Shown: piece after piece, positions 1 to 12,229 of the stretch | Layout of the letters: every line of letters begins with the position of its first letter | Position numbering within the stretch: the first letter of the stretch is position 1 | Origin: Chiloscyllium plagiosum | Lineage: Eukaryota | Assembly: GCF_004010195.1 (NCBI RefSeq) | Contig: NC_057731.1 | Location: 35,385,945 to 35,449,944, forward strand | DNA length: 64,000 nt | Direction: 5' to 3' | The notes under the pieces: model-generated | The model's input: the letters and a program-made list of their open reading frames with translations, nothing else | Told to the model about the DNA's origin: nothing | Database searches by the model: none | Made by a program: the position numbers and the translations under genes

Positions 1-416
1 TGTATCCATATGCTAGCCTCCCAATTTTAAAATAATTTTTGATCTCCTTGTCTTTATCTTTCTCTTTGTCTTCCCCTCATTCTAGTTCTCTTCAAAAGAG
101 ATATTCTTGTCATTGTTTTCTCTGCTTTTCTTCTATACACTTTTTGCCTCAAGCATACTTTGATACTTACAATTACAGACTGATAGATATTTATGGTAAT
201 TTAACATACACTGCTGTACCACATTAATTCATTTTTTTTAAAGTTATGAACAATGGGTTACAGTCCAAAACTAGGAATGCAGAAATCAGTGTTGAAATCC
301 AGTCAGAGCGAGATGTAGGCAAGCACCAGATTATTTTAAATATTAAACTGTTTAACAGGTTGATAAGGGAATCTGATATACTCATTATTGATTCCAACTA
401 GACTAACATCATGTCC

Positions 417-709
417 GGCACGGTGGCTCAGTGGTTAGCACTGCTGCCTCACAGCACCAGGATCCCAAGTTTGATTCCAGCCTCGGGCAACTGTCTGCGT
501 GGAGTTTGCACATTCTCCCCATGTCTGCGTGGGTTTCCTCCCACAGTCCAAAGATGTGCAGGTCAGGTGAATTGGCCATGCTAAATTGTCCATAGTGTTA
601 GGTGCATAGCCAGAGGCAAATGGGACTGGGTGGGTTATTCTTCGGAGGGTCGGTGTGGACTTGTTGGGCCGAAGGGCCTGTTTCCACACTGTAGGGAATC
701 TAATCTAAT
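417..709 (+). mobile_element. HE1-type tRNA-derived SINE
   Basis: Head GGCACGGTGGCTCAGTGGTTAGCAC with a B-box-like segment; body CCCACAGTCCAAAGATGTGCAGG; tail ending in (CTAAT)n. Confidence 0.85.
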
Positions 710-1005
710 GTGATTATCAATTTCTAAAATAATTTAGCAAAGCCACTGTATGGTAATAGCACTGCCTTCCAAGAACACCCAAGAATTGGGGCAATATGGA
801 CTCTTGATAGGTTCATCCAAATCCCAAGAACAAATAGCAAGGACATACAATTTTTATTAGGGAGTATTGAATATCATTTCTTAGCTTGCACCCTTGCAGA
901 AACGTCAAGCAGAAAGGTCAACTACCACACTCAATTAACATAATATGTAGCAAAAACCGAACTGTTGCTCTATGATCTCAAAATGTAATTAAGTGGCTTA
1001 CTTAC

Positions 1006-1110
1006 ATCACTTAGGTATTTAGCATTTGCCTTGGCTTGTCTGAACAATGGCTCATCTTTGCTGATGCTGTACTGATGAAGATTCTGTTCACTTGTTGCCT
1101 TGTATGTTAG
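1006..1110 (-). CDS. NRAP: NRAP coding exon 21
   Basis: cag|LTYKATSEQNLHQYSISKDEPLFRQAKANAKYLSD|gtaagt; 105 nt. Confidence 0.95.
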
Positions 1111-1964
1111 CTGCATAATGTGGGAGAACAAGGAAAACTTTTGACTCAATTTTTGAAACATTTTCATACATGAATTCTCATATTGGATAAGATGTGGGAT
1201 TTCTAAACTTTTGAGTTTAACAATACATGGCTTAATATACCAATAAGTCTAATTATCCAGACTATGGCAGTAGCCCAATGCAAGACTGTGAAACAGGAAT
1301 ATTTTAATAGTATTTCAATACCGTAAATACACCTGTTGGACTATAACCTGGTGTTGTGTGATTTTTGACTTTGTCCACCCCAGTCTAAAACCCCAGTCCA
1401 CATCACTCCTAATTCTAGATTTCCCTAACCCCTTAATATTTTATAAACATCAAGCAAATCCCCACTTAACCTCAAAATTCCAAGCAATACTATAATTTTG
1501 TAGTCTTTTCTCATAAGCCTTGGAAGTGTCATGCTGAAAAACTGCACCTCTTCCATGGTAAATATGTATTTTCAAAAGTGTATTGCCAGGGCTGCTTGTG
1601 GGTCCTCCAGGTGTGGTCTAACCAGGGTATTGTCTAGCTGAAACATGAACTCCTATTTTCCTTATATTCTAACTCTATAGATCGAAAGGCTTGCTACTCG
1701 CACTAACTAGGCTCAGTTTTGAAGAAATTCATTTCTAAGCGTCTTGTCTCTTGCAAAGAAATTTATGTTTGAAGCATCGGAAAATGAAGAGGGAAGAGAA
1801 ACCCACAAAATTTGAAAGTATCAGATGTTTAGAAATAAACACTTCATTTTTTTTTTCCAAATTTTTCCCGTTTGATCAGCTTTGTTTATGGTGGAGGCAC
1901 CCATCACTCTTTGAAAACAGTGCTTCTTTCATAAATGATCTCTCGTCACCAGTGCAGTACTCAC

Positions 1965-2063
1965 ATCACTTTGCAAATCTTGACTTTTCTTGGCATGAAT
2001 AATCTGTGGAGTGTCTGCCACACTTGTGAATTTTAACGCGTCAACTCTCTGTCTGTACTTTCT
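1965..2063 (-). CDS. NRAP: NRAP coding exon 20
   Basis: cag|RKYRQRVDALKFTSVADTPQIIHAKKSQDLQSD|gtgagt; 99 nt. Confidence 0.94.
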
Positions 2064-3907
2064 CTGCCAGTTGAAAGAGTGCAATTTAATCTCTGACAAT
2101 AGTGGACTTGAATTTAAAGCAAGTCAAACATCAATACATATCTAATCAAACAAACCATGATCAACACATAGCATAGTTTTAGAAATGACTATTAAACAAA
2201 ATTAATTATCAGCATGTCTTCCCTTTTTTCCCAAAATTGTTTCTGAAGTGACTATAGTGTTTCATTAAAAACTCAATATTGAATGTTGGTAGATGGGACC
2301 TGGTTTGACACCAATTGAAAAAGTAATTCATTTTTAATATTCTCTTTTCAGATTTTAAAACTACATATTTTATTCACATAGTTATAATTTTAGTTTGTAA
2401 CAGTCTTTTCACCAGCCTGCCTCTGCAGAATAAGGAACAATATATTGAGATAGACAGGAACGGAAAATTGTCACCTAGTGGCCTGCTGGCAGCAGAGCTT
2501 CAGTGCCCATTGGCAGATGAAAGGCAGAACAAATTTTGCATAACCAACAGTTTATTTTTAAAATAATAAATGAAGGTGGAAATTCAGCTTGCCCCACGTT
2601 ACCATCATTGATTATGTCTTTCAACTCTCAGCTCAACATCAGCCTTTAGGAAGTTACAGCCTCAACAATCATCTATTTTCAACCATTATCATTCAATTAA
2701 AATCACAGGAACCTGTATCTAGTTACCGTAAACAGGAAGTATTAAGGACATCCTGTCACATACAGGCTGTACATCTGGTGTAATACAGTTCCCTTATTTA
2801 TCACAAGCAATTTAGGGCCATGTGCTTAAAATGCAGAAAAACACGTGGGACAGTGGTTATTAAAACTGAAATCAGTAGAAGATACAAGCAAGGGAGACAA
2901 TACCTTAATTTCAGAAATTTGGTGACAAAGCAATGTGAACAAATGGCTAAACAACAGAACAAGGTGATGTGGTTATGGTGAGGGGATTAAAGGCTTAATT
3001 CAAGTACTCACACCTTGAATGATGGATTAATCTGTCAGTCACCTTGCCATTCTTGTTTTATAAACTCTTGTCAAACTCAATATTTCAACACAAAGGTGGC
3101 TGAGTGATTGCTAAGGGGCAGTGTGTCACTGATGTTTATTACCAAAGAGAAACATCAAGTTAGCTTTATTGTCAGGTTAAACGGTTACATAAAGCGACAA
3201 ATAATTTCATGGTCATCACACAGCTTCACCAAAACTCTCCAACTGTTCTTAAATAAAAGACGAATTCTCTGGGATAAAACTGAAATCTTAATCAAAAATA
3301 TATTCACTGTCTCTGTGTAAGTATATTTGTGCATTTTTTGTTCATGCCTATGAATGGGGCTCCATCTTTTATGAATAATTCTGACACTTGATCAATCGGC
3401 TCCATTTGCATTAGCTGTTTTCAGATGAAAGCATGTGATACAATCAGGCTTTTGTTCCCCTTTCTTAGTTAAGGCAGTGCATGGGGCAATATAAATTGAT
3501 TTGACTGTTCTCTGAATCTTGGGCAGGATATTGGTAAACTAAAGAATCTAGCAACCATTCCCTATTAAAACACTCATGTTGGTATTCAAATCAAGCAGCC
3601 ACTTCCTGAACAACTGGCATTTCAAAATTCTGGACTTGGAAATACAATAGAAGCCAAATGCATAGTTTCAAAATTGCTTATGCTGTGACACATTGGTTGA
3701 ATTGATGAAAGAACATCTGAAATATTAAAACTTATCATTCTCTTTCAAATGCTGACTGACTTGCTGTGCTCATCCATTATTTTTGTGGTTATTTTGTTAT
3801 ATTTCAACAGCATCTTCTCAATCTAAACTGCAAAGCCAGATTTACAGTGCAGAAGTAATCCAAAATCTATCCTACATTGTATTCGATCTCATGACACGCT
3901 GTTTAGA

Positions 3908-4195
3908 GCAGCACGGTGGCTCAGTGCTTAGCACTGCTGCCTCTCTGCACCAGGAATCCGGATTTGATTCTTCCTTCAGGTGACTGTGTGGATCTTGCAC
4001 ATTCTCATTGTAAATGCGTGAGTTTGCTCTAGTTTTCTTCCACAGTCCAAAGGTGTGCAGGTTAGTGGATTGGCCATGGGAAATGCAGGTTTATAGGATA
4101 GGGGGGTGGGTTTGGGTGGGATGCTTTTCAGAGGCTGGTGTGCACTCAATGGACTGAATGGCCTGCTTCCACACTGTAGGGATTCTATGAATCTA
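3908..4195 (+). mobile_element. HE1-type SINE (diverged)
   Basis: Same head, body and tail as 417-709. Confidence 0.8.
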
Positions 4196-5118
4196 CGTTT
4201 AACCCACAATGTGGATGTTTTATAGAACATGAAATTGAACTCACTTATGGCCTGTTTCAGTTCTGACAGGCAGAAATATCTCTAAGCTTCACAGACACTT
4301 GACATGAGTGCAGACAGACTTTACTATCTTCCAGATGTGACTCACTTTACTACTCAAACATCCAGCTGTTAGCAATTCAGCAATTTTAGAATTATTCCCC
4401 TTCGTTCTCACCTGATAATACATTATGGCTGATTTAGCCATTGCATATGTTCTGCCCTTCTCTTAACTGCAGAATGTTCATGGATTCCAAAATTATTAAT
4501 CTTATACCAGGAATATGGTATAGTAGTTCAATTAAGATTACTTAAGAGCTTATATCAGTTATTACTTGTCTCATTGTTCCCCAGTTACTATGACATGTTG
4601 TGTCACATGTTAAGATGATCTGGTAGATAATGCAATAAATTAGTGCTGGTTATTGCTCCCAGTAACCTGAAGTGAAATATTCATCAGTGTCATTGCAGGG
4701 AATCACGAGATATCTTGTGGAACACAGCTGGTCCTTAGTGCTCTCAGTAGTGTGATTTATTTGTATAATGTGCAATATTAATAACAAACTTGGTAACATG
4801 TTTGCACACCATTTCTAAGGCTTGCCATTTTGTTAAAGTGTCAACTCATTTAAAGTAAGCTCTTAACATTTCTGTTAAATTAGCAAAGAAAATTCATGCA
4901 AATCCACTAATGTGCTAATTACTAACACAGATGTACAATTCTAATCTATTTATCAACTGTGATGGCACAGGTTTAAATGCCTACAAATTGAGAAATAATT
5001 GCTCACGAGTTTCCATGAACAAACAGAATTCCTATCAGAGGACATGATTCAGTCAAGGCTAAAGTCACACAATTAACAGAAAATTACATGTTTAGTCCTG
5101 GTCAGTTTGTATTCTCAC

Positions 5119-5223
5119 CTCACTCAGGATGTCCCCAGCTTTCCTCGCCTGTTCCACGTCCAGACATCGTTCTGCCTCCCATCCTACACCTTTCATCCAT
5201 GTCAGATCTGCTCTGTACTTGCG
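5119..5223 (-). CDS. NRAP: NRAP coding exon 19 (super-repeat WLKGIGW-type motif)
   Basis: cag|[35 protein letters not shown]|gtgaga; 105 nt. Confidence 0.95.
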
Positions 5224-6242
5224 CTGTAATTTAAAGATTAAAAAAATGGCTTTTCTGTTATGCTGTTAATGTTGATAAAACCCAGTTTATAAACATCATT
5301 GCCTAAAGGGTACAAAAAACAAAATGATTTTCCATGCAGTATTCAAGCAGCATACATCTTTTTAAAGACATTTATGCAAGATATATGTACCTCTTGGTAC
5401 AGAACTACTCAATAATCAACCATTAGTTGATCTGACCAGTGCAGAGTTAGTTGATCCCAGTGCAAATAGTCCCAGCAACCCTACAAAATTTCCAGATCAT
5501 AACTACTTTCATGTAACCCTTGCTAGAATGATATATATAAAACAGTTTAATGCTTCCTGCTGCGCTTCTCCAGCAACACATTTCCATCTAATGCTTCCAT
5601 AGTCAAGCAGCTTGCTATTGAGCATTACACAAGCAGATCTCTCATTTTTTGGGGTGATGCTGAAAGTCTACCCAGCTTTAGATACTCCATTAGGAAAGAC
5701 AGGAAGGGGCAGCACTGAGAAATATTTAAAAGGTAATAAAATAAGGCTGTATTAGCCTTTAATTACTTGGTATGAGTACAATTTCCTTCATAGTAAGACC
5801 TATTTCAGTATAATATTTTGTAATCTACACTTCCCCTGGGCATATCTTTTGTTTCTTTACCTGTCCCATTACCATTCCCTTTAGGTACCGATTCTCCAGC
5901 TTTTTTGTAAGTTAATGTCTCCAAACCTCCTTCCTTTTTGCTCTTCATCCTCCCTCCCCCATTTCACCTGTTTAAAACTGATACATCTCTAAATTTTGCC
6001 AGCTCTCGTGGAGGATTGACCTTAAATGTTAACGCTGTACACAATTCTCTGTTAATTCTCTCCACAGATGCTCCCTGATGTGCTGAGCATTTCCAACAGT
6101 TTTTAAAAATTATATATAATTAGGTTCTTTCCAACCTATAACTTTAAAGCAAATAGCCTACAAAATGAAGAGACATAATTCGTTAAGACGTACAGGATTA
6201 AATAAACAAATCAGACATAATTTTGAATCATCTTGGCCCCAC

Positions 6243-6440
6243 CTCACTCTGTAACCCATAAGCTTTCTTTGCCCATGTCACTTTCATGTCATCTGGCTCC
6301 AATGTATAGTCATGGAGCCTCTTCCTATAATACAAGTCACTGGCCAATGCCTGGGCTTTCTTGGCATGTATCAGGTTGACCATATCCAGTGGTAGGTGGA
6401 ATTTGGTGTTTGTTTCCACAAAGTTCTTCTTATACTCTAC
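6243..6440 (-). CDS. NRAP: NRAP coding exon 18 (two modules)
   Basis: cag|VEYKKNFVETNTKFHLPLDMVNLIHAKKAQALASDLYYRKRLHDYTLEPDDMKVTWAKKAYGLQSE|gtgggg; 198 nt. Confidence 0.94.
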
Positions 6441-6872
6441 CTGTTGTAAACAAAAAGTAAAAATTAGCCATTTGAACAACAATAACAACAATTTGTATCT
6501 ATGTAATACCAGTAAGTGTGAAGGCAGTGAATTGTGAACTACAAACATCTGATCTAATGAACAACATTTTAGAGTAACTTAGATCATATTCTGGATATAT
6601 ATTTTTCTGTGGTTATAGATTACCAATATATAAATCAATGACTAACTTAACAACATAGTCAACTTACCGTAAATTTTAACTTCTATCTATTATATAAAAT
6701 GGTAATTTTCCTTTTAAAAAAGTAAAAGATCACGAGTAGAGAAAACAGAATCCAATGTCAGTTGGAAGGGAAATTTAGCTTCTGATGGCTAATGTGCTAA
6801 TCCATAATGATTTTAAATTGCATATTGAGCTGAAGTAAATAATGGGATTTTGATTTTTCTTATCTAATGTAC

Positions 6873-6980
6873 CTCACTGCTCATCTTGGAAACCCGCAGA
6901 GAATGCAGAGTCTTCGAATCATATACTTTGCTTCTCATTGCTTTGCCCTTGGTTTTCTCATATGCTTCTTTGTATTTTAT
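6873..6980 (-). CDS. NRAP: NRAP coding exon 17
   Basis: aag|IKYKEAYEKTKGKAMRSKVYDSKTLHSLRVSKMSSE|gtacat; 108 nt. Confidence 0.93.
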
Positions 6981-8851
6981 CTTTCAAACAACACAGAGAA
7001 AGAAAGGAATTAAATTAAAACATGTAGCAGTCGGCTGGTGATAAAGAGCTAAAATAAATTATTTAAACACTTTTTCAATCTTATGGGCCTGGAAAGGATC
7101 GTTTGCCTTCATATGATATTTCTTTGCCTTATACTCTGTCAAGGCATCAAACTATTTATTTAATAAAAGTTAAAATAGTGGTGAACAAAATGTCATTAAG
7201 TGTTGTACATTAATATCACAAGCTATCATTTCTAGACTGTTCCATGTTGGGATGGGTACAGGCTGCCTGGTGCTAAGAATATACCAAATTATTTTTGGAA
7301 ATTATATGGTGCATTTGAAGTTGAACAGGCCATTCTGCTAGGAAACTTTATTACAATAACCATTTGAACTGATAAAACACCTCAGACATAGAATAACATC
7401 CCTAGGCACTTCACAAGGTTGTAAGGGGTAAGGGGTTGGTGGTGCAGAAAGCCTAAAAAAAAAGAGGAAAAGATTAGGATGGGTGGGCAAAAGCTTGGTC
7501 AAAGATACACTAAAGGAGGAGAAGAAGATCGATTGATTTAGGAAGCCAATTTCAGACCTAGGTGGGCAAAGCCCTGTCACCAAAATCCAGCTAAAGAGAA
7601 CAGGTGAGACATGAAAGGCTAGAATCAGAGGACTGAGCATTTAGAATGCTGGAGGAGGTTACAGATAGGCAGGGAGGGATTTAAATGTAAGGCTGAAACC
7701 TGGTCATTGGAGGGCTGGGAATCAAATCAATTCTAAGGAAGGGTCTCTCAACCGGAAACATTAACTCTGACTTGTCCACAAATGATGCCAGACCTGCTGA
7801 GCTTTTCCAATAACATCCACATTTCTTCCATTTTTTATTGACTTCGAATCAATGTTGGTCAGTGTGGATGGGGTAATGGTGGGAGGAATGTGGTGTGAGA
7901 AGTAGAATTTTGGAGAAGTTGGTTTACAGAGCTCAGATGATAGGCGGCTAGCTAGGAAAGCACTGGAATACTGTAATCAAATCTAAAGACATCAAATGTA
8001 TGGATGAGGATTTCAAATGTACAGAGCTGAGGCATGATGAAAAGTCATGATGATGCCAAGATGGGTGAATGGACTTTATATGATAGGGAGGATATGGGGC
8101 AAATAGAAATCCAAGATTACAAATAATTCCCTTGAGGTGTGGGATGAGCTCAATCACATTACACCTGACTTATACCTTCACCCCATTTAACCGCTTTTGA
8201 TCTACAAGCTTTGAAAACATTACCTGAAGAAAAAAATGCATTTAAACAACATTCACAGCATTCTGGAGTAGATATTCCCAAATATCCAATTGCTTTTCAT
8301 TCAAAAAAATGTTTCCTAGCTTTCCTGGTAAATGGTCTAACTCTAATTTTAAGATCTTATCACTTTGCGAATTACCCAATCTGGAAATATAGTTTCCCTA
8401 CATCATCCAACCTTTTATAATTTTAGACAACTCATTTAGATCACGCATCATCCTTTGAACACATACAGAAACCATCATCTTATATTCTATTTTATCACAA
8501 CGTTGAGCCAGTCAGAAACTTGTGACCCAGATTTTGTGTGGGCAGCTTTGAGAACTTTTTCACAGAATCGTGGATGTAAAATGTGTTTTGCTGTAATGAC
8601 TCTCTTCCAGAAATATATTCCCATGCACATGGGAATCTTGAGGCTTACTGACTAGACTGAACAATAATTAGTTGTCAGCACTCATTTAATTTTCATCTAC
8701 TGTCAATCTTGTATAAACTTGAAGTATATTCTATTAACTTTTATTAACCTGCACTATAGTATGCCTGACAGAAAGAAACCGACAGTGTCAATGGAAACGG
8801 GTTTGCACATAGTTTCACGAAAGCTGATGAGAAAGAAAAGCAGCAACTTAC

Positions 8852-8959
8852 ATCACTTGCCAGCTCCCCGGAGGCTTTGGCAGCTAAGAGGGCTATCGAA
8901 TCCAACTTCACATGAAACCCCTTGCCTTTATTCTTTTCCCAGAATTCTTTGTACTTGAT
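8852..8959 (-). CDS. NRAP: NRAP coding exon 16
   Basis: cag|IKYKEFWEKNKGKGFHVKLDSIALLAAKASGELASD|gtaagt; 108 nt. Confidence 0.95.
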
Positions 8960-9359
8960 CTGAGGACACAGCATTTACTCAAATTACATATTATACATAT
9001 ATGTGTACATGTAAGATTGAGAAAGCAGCAGCTTCCTTTAAATCAAAAGTAACTAATCTGAGAAATTGCAGGAAGGAATGCAACACAGAATTCTTGCAGC
9101 AAACCCAAAATGAACCATACAGCTTCTCTCAATTTTTAATCAACTTGCTCAAGCATGCATTGCTGCATCTCTAGGGCTGCTGAGGGATGAACCTAGACCT
9201 CCTGGCCCAGAGGTAGGAACACTGCCGCTGTACTACAAGAGCTCCTTAACTATATTGTATATATCTCTTTTCAATTACAGTCAGTGCTAACTCTTAAGAA
9301 GCATTTCAAGGGCAATTTTCATTTTTGTTCACTGGTATTCATCAAAAGAAACCCTGATT

Positions 9360-9680
9360 TTTCACAATCTCAGGATGCCCCAAAGATCTTTACAGCAAAT
9401 GAGATTTGCTTGGAGTACAGTCACTTTTGCAACGTTGAAAACACAGGAAACAGGTTACACACAGCAAGCTCCCAGATACAGCACTGTGAGGATAATCAGA
9501 GAATCTGTTTGTTAGTGATGTTGTTTGAACCATCAATATTAGCCAGGCCCATTGAGATAACTCCCCTGCACTTCTCCAAAATTGTACCATGGAATCTTTC
9601 ATATCCATCGGAGGGGGCAGATTGGGTTTTAGTTTATCTAAATTTCTGCACCTCCCAACAGCGCAGTACACAGCTTCTGG
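9360..9680 (-). mobile_element. DeuSINE-like ancient SINE remnant
   Basis: GCCAGG...AACTCCCCTGCACTTCT...GTACCATGGAATCTTT resembles the reverse-complemented Deu core as recalled; related copies at ~10440-10730 and ~21320-21780. Confidence 0.55.
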
Positions 9681-12208
9681 ACACAAAAGTAAAAATGCTT
9701 CCAATAGGAGCCACAACTGACACTAATCGCCAGTGAGAGGACAGAAAGTGGAATCTTCAAAGTTAATTAACTCACAAAATGCTGCTCAACGGAAGGTTCA
9801 CTCATTCACAATTCATCTTGACTGAGTCGCATTTTAGGAAAATACTGATATCTACAGTCCGTCAGTCAGCACTATTCTGATGAACGGTCACACTCAAAAC
9901 ACTAACCCATTTTATTGTTCCTTTTCCGATAAACTTGCCCATCACTTCCAGTATGTCTGACTCCCAAGAGAGTTATACAGTTAATGAATTGAGATGGAAT
10001 AGTAAGATGGAACATTTCTGGTCCTATGGAGTTCAGTTTGATGACAGCAATAAAAGCAAATATGGATGATCTTGGTGAAGGCAGGTGAGCATTGGAAGCA
10101 TCTACCTATGCAACAGCAGTAAGTCATCATTAATGAGCAATTCAAGCCTTCAATGGAGGCAGATGGGAAGCACGCAGTCAGTTAGATAACCAACCACTTT
10201 GCTTGCCTGCCAAGGAGGTGGCCAGCTGAAGCTGTTTAAAGTAGCCAGTAATTGACCACATAAGGGCCTTCATTCCCGTTAATCAAGAAAGTCACCTATG
10301 GATCTTCTCACTCGGCATTTAACTGCAGCAACAGTGAGAAGGGGGCAAAAAGCTCTGCAGAGTGAAAGCTCACTAATAATTTCCCTTTCTCACCGCCTCC
10401 AGCAGGGAATATTTCTATCCATACTCTTCAATATAATGTCAGGAACAAAATATGGCAACTAAACTGCACACAGGAGATTCCCACCAATGACAATGTAATA
10501 ATGACTGTTTCCAAGTTGTTGGCTGAGGTAACCATTGATTATGATTCCAGGGAGAAGGCCAAATTGTGCCTTGGGATGCTTTAATTCCTCCCAAGTGGGA
10601 AGGCAAGAGCTTGTTTTTTGTGACCTACAGTGCTTACTATACTCCCTCAGTACTTGGAGGTGCTCATGCCTATGGAGGGAGATGTAAATTTACAACCTGA
10701 CAGAGAGATGGCAATGCCAGTACTAAACCATAGTTGGCACCTATTTGGTGAACTGACATATTTGAAAAGCCCCACGGATTTAGTGCATCAGGGTTAACCA
10801 GTATGCTGAATGCGATGTAATTAACATAAAAACAGAGATCGGTAATTCAAATCTTGTTGCAGTCAAAACAGAATGTGAAACGATCTTATGTTAGAAAAAT
10901 CTCAAATGTAAAAGCAACTTAATGGAACTTTGCTGAAAAATACATGCAAACTAAGTCAGATTGCTGAGATGGATGTTACAGTAACTTAAATTAAATAGTG
11001 GAGCACCTTTTGACCAAAGAACTTGGAAATTGGTAAGTGCTGCAGGGACTGAACAAACGGGAATAACAAACATTAAAAGTTGCTGTTTGTGTAGAATAAG
11101 GCTGCCATCTCCTGGTCTCTTGTTAGTCAAACATCACTTTGCACCACATCAACAGACAGTGAGGAACCGTAAATGCTATTTATCAGGCACTAAGTGAAAT
11201 ATTCACTCAGATTTATATCTTACTCAGCTCGTAAACAGAGAGGCAGGTAGATGCACTTTAGATCCAGTCAACCACAAAATGTGATGGCAATATGGACAAT
11301 TGTTTCAGTACTGCAAAGACTGGAGAGAATATCTCCTGCTATGTCCTCTCATCTTCACCAGGATGGATACCTTTTGTACCTTTGCTAGTCTTAGGCCAGC
11401 CTAGCTAGGTGGGAGATCGGACAATAATATTACCATACAAGTAAAACAAAAATGTTAGTTTACTGCAATATCAAACAAGATTCTGCTGGATTTAATACTT
11501 TACTCGGTATACAATATAATTTCCTTGAACAAATAAAAAACCTCTTCTGAGCATTTCTTCTCTCTCAGCCAGTGTACAAGAAAACACAGCAAATAGGTAT
11601 AATCATAATTCCTTCTAATATGAAACAGCCAGTAAAAAATAAGTGGAGTCAAAACTATAAATTAATTGGTTTTTAGCAATATTTAACCATCCCATTCATC
11701 AAATTCTCTGAGATTTAGTTTTAAATTCAAACTTTATGAAAGTTCCAAATATAGCAAACAGTTAAAGCTGATTGAAAGGCAAAATGATCCTGTGCTCCAA
11801 ATCAATGGGGAAATTTTAGCATCTCCTACCCAACCACAACCACATTGTGCAGCATTCTGACTTGTTAGAAGTAAAAGCTACTTTAAATGTTGAGTGAACA
11901 TGAGCACCATGCAGAAGCAGAATGGTCTTCTTTAAGTATGTAAATTGGGTTCACAGGGCAGGAGTGGCATATTAACTTGGGGTTGGAGTGAGGGATCTTC
12001 CCACCAGGTGATGGTTCTGTGGAGGTAAGCACCTCAAGGCTCCACAAGATAGCCTGGAGGCCTCACCTGTCCCAGGCTTCCTTTCCCCTCAATTAAATTC
12101 AAATACTCTTGTTATATGTGTACCTCAACTTTAAGAATTCCACGTGGTGTGTGCATACAATGTTGTAAATCTACCTGGCAGTTATCCTGCCGTCGGTCTA
12201 GGGGCTTT

Positions 12209-12229
12209 ACACACACACACACACACACA
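12209..12229. repeat. (AC)n microsatellite
   Basis: About 10 AC units. Confidence 0.95.

Noticed and set aside
417-490. tRNA-like A/B boxes
   Set aside because: They are SINE heads followed by SINE body and tail, not tRNA genes.
7731-9908. Hammerhead-like remnants at ~7731-7766 and ~9874-9908
   Set aside because: Core nucleotides are mutated (CTAAGGA; CAAAAC instead of CGAAAC); decayed copies, not functional ribozymes.
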